The notes under the pieces are model-generated. The model was not told the origin of the DNA. It worked only from the letters and a program-made list of their open reading frames with translations, and did no database searches. A stretch of DNA of 64,000 nt from Polymyxa betae A26-41 (Eukaryota; Protista; Endomyxa: Phytomyxea): NCBI GenBank assembly GCA_003693705.1, contig RBZT01000809.1, positions 62,001 through 126,000 of the forward strand, read 5' to 3'. A program made the translations under genes and the position numbers. This document shows, piece by piece, positions 1 through 12,996 of this stretch. Positions within the stretch are counted from its first letter, which is position 1. Each line of letters starts with the position of its first letter.

Positions 1-829
1 GTTTGGCATTATAGCTGCTATACAGTACCCATCAGTACGATGAATGAAAGAGGATTCGAAGAAAATCGCAGAGCCGCAGGGGTAACTCTGAACGAGGCGC
101 AGCCCCATCTCATACACAATAAAAATATCGCGGGCTGCTTCCTTTCTACGTTCCTGACCCTTTGCTCTCGATACCGATTGCTCAACTGGCGATTATCGGT
201 AGTCAACTTGGTGATCTTATTCTGCCTGTTTGCGTTTTGATGATAAATCGGATCCATATTAAATTGTTATTTTATGAAATTGTTAGATCCAAGTAGTGCT
301 CGATCTTATATCGTTACAAGCAAATTTGTTTTAAAATATATTGACAGGTTGGCGCGTTTATTTATCTAGCCTGTTTGATCATCAGTCGTCTGATGGATCC
401 ATGGATGTGATAGTCAAGTTCCCCGCCAGTCATCCTGATCTCTTTCAGACCCTTGCCTTCGCTCAGAAGACCTTGATTTGGCGACAACAGCGCCGCTCAG
501 CGGACTGGGTTCCATCCAGTTCCCATCACAAAAAGATGGGCGCGCTAACTCCTGCAAGGACCATGAGAATCTGAAGGCTTCGACGTCTCTTTAGTACGAT
601 TGTGAACGACGACATACAGGCAACATCTGAGGGTTGCTGCTTCTATAGGGACTACACTACAGCACAGGACAAGCGTTACCCGTATGGATCGTGTGATAAC
701 CGCCATCAGGATTACCAAGCAGTTACAGAGTGACTGTAACTCGATAAGGTAGCTATGAGGCAGCAAGGACAGTTCTGTCTGGGCCCAGGAGGATTCGTCT
801 TCGTTCACCATACTCCATAATCGCACCAT

Positions 830-2483
830 ATGAGCGCCTCCGTCGTCCAGAATATAAAACTGGAAAACGCTGGTTTTAGACGGCACCAGAGCCGTGCTGC
901 AAATGCAAAGATACGGTTGAATCGAAATCTGGAGATATTGGACGGCATCGCCGTATGTGGAGGACACGTCAATGAACAAATTGCCCAAACAAAACAATGT
1001 ATTGCGTCGATCGAGTCACTAGAAGACACTGATCTGACGAAGATGTCTCCCGAGGAGCTCATAATTTTTCAAGAGAAAATCGAGTCTACGTTCGATCAAG
1101 CCTTCAATCAGTTTGCATTTCTGCATGATTGGCACGAAAGATTATTGAGCGAGGAGCTTGACAAGCGTTTAGGCCCTGTATTGAACGAATATGCTACTTC
1201 GAAAGCACTATTCGAGCAACTTGGCCGTATACAATCGGCCCGTGCTATGCTGCTGAACAAAGCACTGGAAGAATCTCAGCTACCGGTCAAACCGGATGAG
1301 GTTTGGCAAGTTTTCTTTAATTCGAAAATGAATTCGGTCACCGTTGAAGAACTGGAAGAGACTCTTCGGATTCGGGTCCGAGATGCGCTTCGTCCAGAGC
1401 TTGACTTGAAGACAGCTCTTGCGAATTTGGAGGAGCTTTCGTTGCGCACACGTTCCTGCATTCAAACCGAAACGGCTCAGCTTCATGAAGAGATGAGGAA
1501 CAGTGAAGCGTTAAGGTTGAAGCTGGAATCCATAATGTCAACGTTCGTCACCAACACGTGGCCTATGGAAAAAAATGCATCTTTCCAATCAAATCCCGGT
1601 TCTGCTTTTAAACCAACTTCCGAAGGATTGTCAGCTTTTCACGACAGCCGCGGAGCGAAACGTCCTCGTGTCGCTTCTGAAGCATCATCAGATGAAGATG
1701 TACAGGATCGGTTAAACACGACGCAAACATCCATCCAGTCGGTTCCATTCGAAGGCGAACGCAACGACAGCCCGATAATTGTGCCTCATATGCAATATGC
1801 TCCGATCCAAGAGACACCTATTATATATCGAGGTGACTACTATGTGTCAGCACCAGTCACTAAAGACTTCACAACGATTACAAATCTTGAGTCAAACGCT
1901 CGTGTTCACATCACATCTTGTTCCTGCATCTTTGAAGAGGGCGGCAATAATATATCTTTCCAGTGGATGTATTTCGTGTACAGGTCGCCATACTATCGGG
2001 AACTGACGTTCGAATTCAGCCCTACCCAAGTATTATCAGTTGTTCTGCCACAAAGATTGATTGTGGTTGATTCCGTCTGCGAATGCATTAGCCAAATTCC
2101 CAGTACTGTGGCTGCATTGAAGAGCAAGAAGAAAAGTTTCTTCAGGGCATTGACAGGACTAGGTAGGAGGCAGGATGGAGAATCGAATCGCAGGAGCTAA
2201 CCGGGTGCGTTGCAGGTTATGCACACAAAATCATGGCGAAAAGAGATAAGAAATTTCAGAACCAAGCCTGGACAGCAACTGTTGCAGGTGTCAAGCAATG
2301 GTTGAACAGAGTGAGGAGTTTCTCACCAAACGCTTTGATGATAGAAGACAGCGATATTATGCGCTTAGAAGAATTCATAGACACCAGAGTAGGGCTCGAT
2401 TATTCCATTTTCCAATTCTTTTAACCATGCTTTAGGTAGCCCCAATCATTGATCTATGGGAAGATTCAACAATATGTGCTTAA
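830..2483 (+). CDS. Hypothetical coiled-coil protein (ORF 830-2200 plus probable 3' exons to about 2483)
   Basis: 456-aa helical, heptad-rich ORF. GT-AG introns near 2163-2216 and 2388-2435 join further in-frame exons ending ...WEDSTICA*. No family recognised, and the 5' end may lie upstream. Confidence 0.55.
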
Positions 2484-2549
2484 GCACAACCATATCGATT
2501 TCATAATAATATATAATAATCTATAAATGAATTTCTCGAGTGCAATAAA

Positions 2550-3262
2550 TCACGACTTCTTCGGGATAGTAAACCTAAGGAAATCAACAGCAATGTCTTT
2601 TGACGCAGACTTATGGAAGGAATATGTTTGTGGTAAATCAAATCGCATTTCAGCGACAACAGTCATCTTAACGCCCCATTCAATAGATTTCTTCTCAATA
2701 TGCTGGCACATCCATTAAAATCAGCGGTTGATTTGTCGTATGCACACACCTGTCGTGTTGAAGTTTTGTGAAGAGAGTAGACAGCCGTTGTAGCGTGATC
2801 AATTGCAGCTTTCAGGAATACCATATCAGCACCTTTAGCTCTGGTCCCAAACGGTGGATTCGTAACCACCGTATCAAATTTCTTCAGCGATAAATCAGCC
2901 ACATCACTGTGAATTAGATCGATTGTCTGGTCAAGTTCCATTTCGCTGATGTTGACTGAGGCGATCTTCAGAGCACTTGGGTCGATATCAACGCCAACAA
3001 CATACTCACCACCCATCATGGCACTATGCAATTTAGGACAAAAGAAGGCGACCCAGATGTAATGTTACCAGGCGATCGAAAGCATGCCACAACCGCAGCC
3101 CAGGTCCAGCACGCGACGGTCATTGAGATCGCCATAAGATGCCATAGTATATATCATACGAGCTGCTAAATGCGGAGATGTTTGATACTGTTCCAACTCA
3201 ATACGAGGCTCTTCGAAATCGTCAACATCTTGTAAAGCGCTTTCTAGATGCTTCAGCTTCAT
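2550..3262 (-). CDS. METTL5: 18S rRNA N6-adenosine methyltransferase METTL5
   Basis: MKLKHLESALQ...LEQYQTSPHLAA, SAM motif VLDLGCGCGML, catalytic NPPFG, YSLHKTSTR. Introns 3024-3068 and 2703-2749. Confidence 0.93.
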
Positions 3263-3427
3263 GTTTGTGAAGGGAACCAATCTTTAAAGTTTGCGCCAGT
3301 TTCGCAGTTTCTTTTCACCTCGCAGTTTAGGTAATGTTACATAAGAAAGCTGCGCTGCCGCTTCAGCCATGAGATAGCCACAGGTCCGCCAAGCCTTCCA
3401 TCATTGTCTATTCTGCGATATTAAAAG

Positions 3428-4278
3428 ATGGAGGCCATGGCAGCGCTGTCAAGGACCGTTATTGACGAGGTCCTAAACCACACACAGGACGATATCTTGA
3501 TCGGTCACGATGAACATGTCGCTAGAGGGATTGTTCGTGAGCTGCAAATGGTCTCTGTCTATTTTTTGTGCTAGCTGAAGTCAATAAATGCTGAAAGCGT
3601 TGTAGCGATGGGAGAGGAAACTATCGGAAGCATACGCTCAGATTATTGCTGACAAAGAAAAACTGACGCGTTCGTTGCCGGGGCAGATCCATCCAAGCTA
3701 TCATAGCAATAATGCTAGCTCCAGCGCGTCGGCGGCTTTACCAACCATCAAAGTTTCCACTATTCTTGCGCTTTGTTCAAGATTTAATGACATATAATTC
3801 GCTTTAGATTGAACCATCTTCTCTGCAAGCAAGTTCACCAATGCAATCATCTAAACGAAAAGCAGAATCAAATTCGTCAGAGCAGCAACTCAAAAAGGCT
3901 AAAGTTCAGTATGAATCAGACGAATCGTCGCTTGGAACAGACGATGAATCTGAGGTCGTCTTCTGCACCCAAATTACTGCATCATCGCTGAGCTTCCTTT
4001 TTAGGATGAACAAGTAGAGCCGCTCACCAATAATCTGATTTTATGTCAGTCCAGCAAAGTCCAGGTTTGGATTTACTTACTTCAAAACAATATTTTCGTT
4101 TACAAACTCTTGCATAGAATCACAAGGGCAGATGGAAATGCCAATTCTCTGGCGGTATTATGAACCTTAGGGGGAGAGATTATGTCTTTCGCGATGCCAC
4201 TGGTGATTTCCGTATGTATTTTGATCAACATAACATGTTCGCTTAGATTCTGCAGGTTTCGATAAAAGCACAAGCTAA
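3428..4278 (+). CDS. GTF2A1: Transcription factor IIA large (alpha/beta) subunit
   Basis: Multi-exon, absent from the ORF track. N-terminal helices (RTVIDEVL...ELQM/RWERKL), acidic linker, C-terminal NNLILCQSSKV...KGRWKCQFSGGIMNLRGRDYVFRDATGDF typical of Toa1/TFIIA-L. Confidence 0.85.
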
Positions 4279-4563
4279 ATATTATCTATCGGTATAATGT
4301 AAAACCACATGTATCATTGTGAATTCATGATGTCTTTGCTTTAAAATAATTGGAGATATATAGAAGGATTTTACAGCTAGTCCTATATCTGTTCTAATTT
4401 GTCGTTAAGGTATGGGAATGTCATCAAATTCAGCATTTCTGTGTCAACTGTAGAGGACTTTGAAATGGCTATGTGACTGACTTCTTATTTGATGTTGCAT
4501 ACGGGCCCATGCCCTATTAAAATTTCAGCGATCGCCAGTTTGTAGTAGCAATCTGTGGTTCCA

Positions 4564-6114
4564 ATGGCATCCACAGACTTTGTTTTGGGCGGGACAGTAA
4601 TTGACGTCGATAAAGCCTTCGCTCCGAATGACTGTCTTCGAAATCGACCATCGCGCTCGGGCCCTGTTCCCAATCGCCCGCAACGCCTAACCGTAATTGC
4701 AAACCCTTTTTCGGGGAATGGGAGAGGTAGACAGCCAGCGTTTTCCAACAGAGAATCCCTTAGCTTGTATCGAAAGGGAAATCGGCATTAATTACAGCCA
4801 ATCAAGTTTTTGCAGAAGCTGGAATTAAGGTGACTGTATTGAAAACCGAGCATGAAAAGCATGCCTGCCAGTTGGCGAGATCAGTACGACCTGAGGACAC
4901 CGATGGTGTTGTTGTTATTGGAGGGTACAGTCAATACCAGCATAATCTCTGCTTTATCATGTTTGAGCTCTGTCTGCAGTGATGGGACGTTACAAGAAGT
5001 CTTATCTGGGCTAATCGATGCTGGGCTAGCTGAGACCATTACTGTTGGCCTAATCGCAGGCGGCACTGGAAATTCTGTGGTTAGTCATTATGCCTTGTCA
5101 GCTTGTTCTACTAAAGTAGTCATTAGGCGCAATCGTTAGGGCTGATGGATTCGGTCGTTGCCGCCAAGATTATAGCAGAGGGGTTTAGTTGTAGCATCGA
5201 TGTTGGCAAATGCTCGGTTGTTCATATGCCTGGAGCTTCTCCAACCAATTATGTGTTCGTCAACTTAATTGGGCTTGGGATAGTCGTGGTATCCATAAGC
5301 ATCATTGCTTGAAACATTTAAAGCTTACATTGCTGCAGGATGCTGGCGTTTCTGCAGAGTCCCTTCGATTTCTTGGAAAAGTTAGGTAATGTTGATGTCT
5401 CTGGAACTGCTAGATGGTTATATGACAGGACGTGTACAGGTATGATATAGCGGGGTTATGGCATATTATAAAAGGGAAGACACGAGATTTTGCACTTGAC
5501 ATCGATGGCCAAAGTTTGCAGGTCTCAATAGTGCAATCGATTCTGGTGCGTTTGTTTCTCTGATCCATTTTGCAGGGTGATATATGTAAGCTACCGAGCT
5601 ATTTGTACTGTCATTCATCCTCAAAAGCATTTTAGCTGTTATATTGATTCAAAACAACAAGCATATGGGATCTGGACTACGAGTCGCCCCGGGTGCTGCA
5701 ATGGATGATGGGTCGGTTGTAATCAATTTCTTAATCTTAATTTTAACCTTTTCTCAGCTCTTTCGACCTTGTGCTGTTGTTCAACCAAGGTAGAAGTCGC
5801 TCTGAATATCATGCTTTTTGGATGGACTGAGAAGCATTAGGACGTTGTGCGACTTTATCAATGTTTAATAAGCTAAAGAGAAGCGGCAGCCACATTTTTA
5901 GCAAATTTGTAAAATACGGGCTTGCAAAAAAAATTGTAATAACTCCTGCTACTCCTCAGATATTCACTATTGGTTACCGTTGCCGTGATTACAATTAGAT
6001 ATACTCAATTTCCTGTCAGATGGTGAGTTATTCGATGCATTCTCCAGAATGGAAATCGAAGTTGTTCCAAAAGCGATAAAATTATTCGCTTCGCCTGAAC
6101 CGAAGCTTTGTTGA
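4564..6114 (+). CDS. Diacylglycerol/sphingosine kinase family (DAGK catalytic domain), multi-exon
   Basis: Motifs VIANPFSGNG, spliced G-G/DGTLQEV, GLIAGGTGNSV, later APGAAMDDG and DGE, spread over many short exons. Confidence 0.82.
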
Positions 6115-6519
6115 AAATCTGCAAAGCTTACTAATTTCGCCATTCAGTCAGCTTAGCTAAGCCATCTCAAATGTCTTGTTAGTAATAAATTCGCCAAGCT
6201 CTGGCACTTTCTTGTCAGATTGCAACACAAATGAGCAGAAGTTTTATCTTTACGTCGACATTTCATTTGTTAGCAATCTTTTCGTGCTGTTTTCAAGTCA
6301 GGCTGTCGCAATCCTAATCTATTCAGCTATATACTGCTTGAATTCAGCATTGCAGGAAATAAGCTTTTATTTTCAGGCTTTTGCGTTAATGAGCGTTTCG
6401 TCGTCTCATCGTCCTCGCGATCGTAATTGTCGTATCTTGAAGCATTAAGCCCTGTGAAAACCCTAGAAGTGCAGCGGACCACAACTGTACAATTTATTAT
6501 TTGATTTCTGAGACGACAT

Positions 6520-6925
6520 TCAAACTGATCTGAATTTCTCCTCAACCGGTTCTAAAATATGATGTTGGATGCCCTTTGCAATTTCCAGCATGTCAATCTC
6601 GTCTTTCTTAAAAATCTGCTTGAGACTTTCATCACACATAATGGTCCGCTTATTGTCCTTCTTCTGCAAATCGTGCCTCTTGATATAACCCCAGATACCT
6701 CTCACCACCTATTAATTGCATTCATTCCAGACGACATTGGGTCGTGGCGTTCTGTATACGCACCTCAGTCCTTGGAAGTGTATTTTGCCCACATATAGTA
6801 GCCAACTCGTTAGTGAGCTTGTGTTGACGAGTGTTAAGAACAGTCGAGCGTGGCTGACGTGTCTTTCTGGTTGCAGCTGAGAACCAGGCGACCAATCGTG
6901 GTCTTAGGCCCGCGATACGAATCAT
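6520..6925 (-). CDS. Stand-alone SWIB/MDM2-domain protein with Arg-rich N-terminal presequence (paralog 1)
   Basis: Spliced across intron 6709-6763: KLTNELATICGQNTLPRTE/VVRGIWGYIKRHDLQKKDNKRTIMCDESLKQIF matches the SWIB consensus. Confidence 0.88.
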
Positions 6926-7820
6926 GTTTATGATGGTTAACTTCTATGCAATGACGACACCCTGGTAACGTGATTCTAACAATGGAATTGCCGTAGTGAT
7001 TACAGAATGAAACGTATTATGCATTAGTTACATGAGATCTTGTAGAGCAGGACCTGGAGAATCTGGTGGCTCGGCGGTCCAGATAGGCACCTTCGGAGGT
7101 CGGAACATCCTACAGTTTCGCAGGAGTCGATCGAGAACTTGGCCGATGAATGCGTGCTAACATTGAAGCTAGATTGACTAACTCAAAATGAACTGAGTAA
7201 TAACTATTCATTATGGAATAAACAGGGACGACAGAGTAAACTATTACGTCTCATTTGCAGGATCAAGCAGCAGCGAAGAACTTTTACAAAATACTATGCT
7301 GGTTTCAACGAAAACGACACTCTTCGCATAAAAGTGCAAGAACGAATAATTACACAGGAAACAGGTAGAGGACACAGAACCCCGTTAATGGCCAAGCCCA
7401 GATGTCGTTCATTATAAAAACTCTAATGGCACACATAATCCCAAAAACAACTAGATCCCGCTGTTTAAGGCGCCACAATCCTATTAGAACACCTGCATGA
7501 GGACGCCAATCAGCTCCGAGACGGTCGAGCTGGCGGTCGGTCCACAAACGGAATTAGCAAATCAGACGTCTTTGCTATAAAAACCAACACGACAGTATGA
7601 TGTGGCTCGGAGGCCGAGCTGATTTCCGGTCCATGCGTGAGTTTGAAGGTGGCCACAACAAACCATGCGTTTGATCGGAACGTTTCTCCACGATACAAGA
7701 TATAGACATAGAATTCCGAACAAGTGACTGGCCTCATTAGAAGTCATCTCTCTATCAGTGAGAAAGAAGGTGACCCCATCGCCCCATTCCTCACTCACCG
7801 CTCACTGACTCTGTCACCAG

Positions 7821-10195
7821 ATGTCGTCATTCCAGTCATTCGCCAACATCGACATCATCGAGCGTATGATGTCTGCCGATCCCGATGAAGAGTTCCATCA
7901 GATCTGCATGTGTATACGCCAGGGCGACGTCGGCAAGGCGCGGCGGCTCTATCGCTGCGCTAATGTGAACCAGCCGCTCAGCATCTGGGATCGTCGGCCA
8001 CTGCTGCATCTTGCTATCCAACAAGAGAATGTTGACATGGTCCGGTTCCTCTTGGACGAATGCGATGCCAATCCGAATGTGACCGACGACAAAGGTCGAA
8101 CTTCATTGCATATGGCCGTCCTGCAGGGAAATGAGGAGATCATTCGAGTCATCGTCGACCATGAGCGAATCGATTTGAAGGCCGTTGACATGTGGGGTCA
8201 GACTGCTCTTCATTTAGCATCACTTTGCTCGAGTGCTTCTGCTGCAAGGCTGCTTCTGGAGCATTGTGTCGAATGCCTTCAGTTCCGTCAGAGAGATGGG
8301 ATTACGCCATTGCAGGCGGCTACGATGGCTGGTAACAAGCAGATTGCGGCGTTATTCTCTGCCGCTCTCGACAGCTCTACTGAGATAAACAAAAGCTATC
8401 GTCATGCCCTATCAGATCTGAACGACGCCCATGTGGCCGCCTTGCCGACGCCACCGTCGTTGCACTCGCCTTACATCGCAGCAGATGCAATTCTTTCGGA
8501 ATCCCCCAAAACCGAATGCTCTGACGACTTCATCGCCGGCAGCAAAATTGAATCTGGTCTGCCGGGCGACGGCCAAAACGATGAAGGAACTCTTTCTTCA
8601 AACGCAGCTCCGAACTGCGATTCTGGAACAACTGTTTGTGATCCGGTGTTACCAGCATCCATCAGTCAAGAAAACTCACAGCCAATAAACGCTACTCCCA
8701 AGGCAGAACTCTCCGATGACACAACCACCGATACGGAAGTTATTTCAACTATGTCGGACGAGGCCCAGAACGTCGATGAAGAATCTGATACCTCGGTCAA
8801 GGCTCAGAATATCGATGAAAGGTCTATTACGTCGGATGAGGTCCAGCAAGTTGATGACGGATCATGTACTTCAAATGAAGCTTTAAGCAGCGATTCTCGA
8901 ACATCAACCGTTTGCGATCCAGTTGTACCAGCATTAATCAGTCCAGAATGCTCAGAGCCAATAATTGCTCCCCATTTGTTATCATCGACAATTGCATGTT
9001 CTGTAAATGGTGATTGCTCAAAGGTAAGCTGCTGGAAATAATCAGTGTAGCTGTTGCTGACTTTCAGCTGTAGACGACTTCATGCCAGTTAACAATGACC
9101 ACTATTGAGACGTCATGTACATCTGGTGAGCCTGCGCTTCTAGATGATACTAATGAGGCGCCATACTCCGATCTTGAGCTGTCTGAAAGTTTAACCCCTA
9201 CAGCTTGTGCGCCCTTAGACGATATCAATGAGTCGGAGCTCCAGCCGTCTGTTGCTTTAACCTCTACATGTTGTGACTCTGCTCTCCGGGATATTACTGA
9301 TGAGCCCCAACAACCGGATTTTCCGCCGTCTGATGCGTTAACCTCTCAGATTCCTGAAAGCCCCTGTGTGGCAGATGAATCTAATATTGATTCTCTGCCA
9401 AGCAAGTTGCAATCGCCTAGTCCTGATCAGATTAACCCTGCGAATGTGAGCCGCGTTTACGATTATCGATGGACTGCTAACCGATTGTTGAAGGCGGATA
9501 TAGACGAGCCCAGTTCTCAATTATCGACTGTTCTTGGGATAGTTGTTACTGGGACATTGCCGTCCTCGTTTGTGGAAAAGTCTGAGGCTTCAACATCGCT
9601 ACCTACTGTTGGCACTTCTGTACGTCCGGCCTACAAGGAAGGCTCGTACATCAACTCACCGAACTCCACCGTGAACGAATCAACGGTGCAGGGACATTCA
9701 CAATCGTCCTTCCTTACTGAACCTGTATTGTTGGCTTCCGAGAAACCGGTCGATGTGGACAGCGAGCAGCTGGAAATGCTGCCGCAGCTTCCGACGAAGC
9801 AAAGCTCCACGAATGACGATGCCATTGTGCACTACAAATTGACGTCAGCAGCTGCTTGTTTCTCTCACTTGCCCGAACCGATTGGGTCAGAAAGTGCTTT
9901 ATTGAATGGCAATCAGCGCGAGCGCTCCCGAACGTCAGCAGATAAGCTGACGCCAATGCACGATGGCTGCCAGAAATCGACGATGTTTCTGTTATCCCGA
10001 ATGCTGCTGAAGCTGATCGTCACGATGGGCAAGGCCTGCGAAATTACTTTGGCGCAGAAAGGGACTCTTAAGGATCTCGTCGTCAAGCAAGATCCCGCGA
10101 TTCTGGCCGCCGCCGATCTGTACGATGCTGATCGCGATCTGGACGAATTCAAAGATACGCTGATTCGTTTGAGTCTCTGCTTAAGGACCCCTTAA
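7821..10195 (+). CDS. Ankyrin-repeat protein with long acidic low-complexity linker and small C-terminal helical domain
   Basis: About 4-5 ANK repeats (LLHLAI, GRTSLHMAV, GQTALHLAS, GITPLQAAT). Intron 9024-9073 joins the two ORFs in frame. Confidence 0.85.
8618..8971 (+). repeat. Intragenic duplications: about 80-nt direct repeat (8618-8699 and 8891-8971) flanking about three 39-nt tandem units
   Basis: DSGTTVCDPVLPASISQENSQPI vs DSRTSTVCDPVVPALISPECSEPI. The 13-aa units are SDEAQNVDEESDT / SVKAQNIDERSIT / SDEVQQVDDGSCT. Confidence 0.75.
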
Positions 10196-10711
10196 AGTTT
10201 GTTGTGTACGACGAGTGTCTCCTTTTGAATACACGAAATGTTCAAGTCCAACGATAGGAACTCGACATGCTCGATTTGCAGTCTTTGTAGAGGCATTACA
10301 CTTACGGCGACGTAGGCGGCTAGTTATTCCTCTGGCGATGTGGTCAGAAATTGTCTCTTCGAGCTTGGCATTTAATACGACGAAATCGGGTTCAACCACG
10401 TCGATAGGCGATGGGCAAGTCACCCAATATAGCAATTTCTATCGATGGAGTCTATTTCCAATGTGGTTGCCTTTCACTGTTTGACATTTCGCTTCAACTT
10501 ATCAATCCTAAGCCCGTCCGTGCACATTGTGTCATTGTTGCTCAATGTCACTCCAGGTTTTCAACGACGTGGTCAGTATGACGAGCAAATGTCGTGCAAA
10601 CGTGATCGTGTGGACTAAGGTGCAGCTTTTAGTGTACCATGACTGCAATGGTTGATCGTGCACATCCCTAATTGCATTGCTGATTCCAACAAAATAACGT
10701 CAATCGTCGAC

Positions 10712-11186
10712 ATGTTTCGAGGGCTCTGGAAGAACACTTTAGGCAAGCCATGGGAAATGACAAGAATCCCATCTGCGCTGTACTCATCCATGAGACGTGG
10801 TCGAGGTCGTCCACCTGCAAACAATGGCAGGACAGTCCCAATGACTGCAGCAAGCCAGCCACGAAAGACGGTTTTGAACACACGCCTCCATAAACTATCA
10901 GGTCCTTTAGCTGAAGTCTGTGGAAACGACACTTTACCACGAACAGAGGTGATTCTGCACGATCATTACTTGCTTCATTTGTAAAGAACTTGCTCAGGTG
11001 ACAAAAGGAATCTGGCGCTACATCAAAATAAACAACTTGCAGAAGAAGAGTCAGCCACGTATAGTGAAATGTGACCCGCTTCTGAAGAAGGTACTGAGCC
11101 AAAACGAAATCGATATGTTCAAGATTGGCAAGGGAATCCAGAAGCATATTTTGGAACCTGTCCCGAAACGAAACAGAAAGATTTAA
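10712..11186 (+). CDS. Stand-alone SWIB/MDM2-domain protein with presequence and AT-hook (paralog 2)
   Basis: Intron 10949-10997 at the same position as in paralog 1. KLSGPLAEVCGNDTLPRTE/VTKGIWRYIKINNLQ...IVKCDPLLKKV, with RRGRGRPP upstream. Confidence 0.88.
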
Positions 11187-11273
11187 TCAGCCAGAGAGCT
11201 GCATTGCGAATGAAACAACCGCTGCGAATGTATTAATAATACAACAATCCATTACGCCAACTTAATGAAAGCG

Positions 11274-12597
11274 CTACGTTGCTGTAGGAATCCACAAAGC
11301 AAGATTTTCGGCACCCGACGCGATCATAGCCGTGACAGGGTTCCACTGAAGCGACGTAACTGGGCGAGCATGACCACCGCTCAGTTTACACACTAGATGG
11401 ACAATAGACAATTAGCACTAAAGCTTAAATTAGAGAATCAAGTGGAAGACCTTCTTTTCCAGTAGTCGCATCATAGATGTGAACTAGGCCGTTATCAGAG
11501 CCGGTGGCAAGGAACTTGCCATCAGGCGAGTACCCGATGTCAATATCAAGACCAGGGGCGCTACAGAAATCGTTGATCGTGAAGCGATGATCACCGGTAA
11601 ACGAATTTAGGACGACAACAGAACCCGATCTTGAAGCTAGAGCAATATAGTCACCATCAGGAGAGAACTTAATCTACAAAGAATTAGATGGGTCAATTGA
11701 TCAGAAATTGAGAGGCATATCTATACCTGATGCCATGATGTAGCACCGGACAGAACGAACGATGCAAACGGCCCAAGTTTGTATGAGCGAATATCGAACA
11801 ATCGAACACAGTTCGTATCAGTAGTAGCTGCAAATAATAATCTGAAAACAGCTCATAAGAATCTTCTTGCAAACAACCAAAGGAATTATGCAAAAATTCG
11901 AAAACTGTTACCCTCGTGGATCAAACTGAACACAAGGTGTCGGTCCGGTTGTTAACACAGCTTGAGGAGCGCTGGATCTTAGGTCCCAGATATGTATGGT
12001 GGAATCGAACGATCCTGACATGACCATATCGCTTACAGGTGATAATGCCAACGAGCAAACGCTAAAACTTGATTAATAACCACGATGATACCCTCGATAT
12101 AGACTGACCGAGCTTTGTGTCCCTTGAACAGCTTCAGGAATTGATTATCAAGAATGCTATCAGCGAATTAGTGAAAGTTTTAGGCGGAAACGACATCCTC
12201 ACCTATGGTACATAATAGCTCCATTGCTGCTTTTGTTTGCAGCACATAAAATAGCAGAGCGATGATGTGTAAACGTCACTTGGCTGATGCCCGTTTCCTT
12301 AAAAAATAATTTCTTTTGAACTCTGCAGATATTTAGTTACGAATCGCAATCGCCCTACAACAGAAGCTTACTTTCCCGAAACAGTATTTACAACGGTTAG
12401 AGAATCGTCATTAGCAGCGGCGCATAAGACGCTTCCATCCACAGAAAAATTCAGCGAGTTACATCGCGAGGTCTGCGAAGCCATCAGCAGACGAATACAA
12501 GAAACAAGGAGCGAGAGACATTATCGCTGAATATGGCACCTGTCTTGAACGTGTTCAGCAGACCGGGTGTCAGGACGACCTGGGCATTGCTGTCCAT
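11274..12597 (-). CDS. WDR82: WD40 protein WDR82/Swd2 (COMPASS/CPF component), multi-exon
   Basis: Manual translation gives SILDNQFLKLFKGHK, LALSPVSDMVMSGSFDSTIHIWDLR, YSPDGKFLATGSDNGLVHIYD and C-terminal LQWNPVTAMIASGAENLALWIP. Confidence 0.85.
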
Positions 12598-12996
12598 GAC
12601 AAGCATAGGCTTGTCGCAGGATGAACCGACACCGCCAGATTGCTATTTCAAGGTCATCAGCGGACTCCGCCGAACAATCTCACGACGCCGAAATCAACAA
12701 GAACAGAATGGGACAGATGACATCAGAGCTGGTAACATCATACAAGTCGCTCTTACATCGTGATATCACAGCAAAGCGATATTTAGAACGGCAAAAGCAG
12801 CGTAACATTTCAGAGAAATTTTACGTTGCCTGAATTTGTGAAGCCATTTTTTTTCAGAATTCGCATTACTACAGTTTTGTGGGCTTGAAAGATCTTTGAG
12901 AAATGGAGTATGCAAGCAGGATGTTCGTTTATAGGATATCTTAAGATAAGGGATGGTGCAGAGGGTGCTCTCGTACTGCGCGTTTATCATTTCAAT

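Noticed and set aside
7350-7798. Three overlapping short minus-strand ORFs upstream of the ankyrin gene
   Set aside because: No motif and no convincing splice model. May be promoter or UTR sequence.
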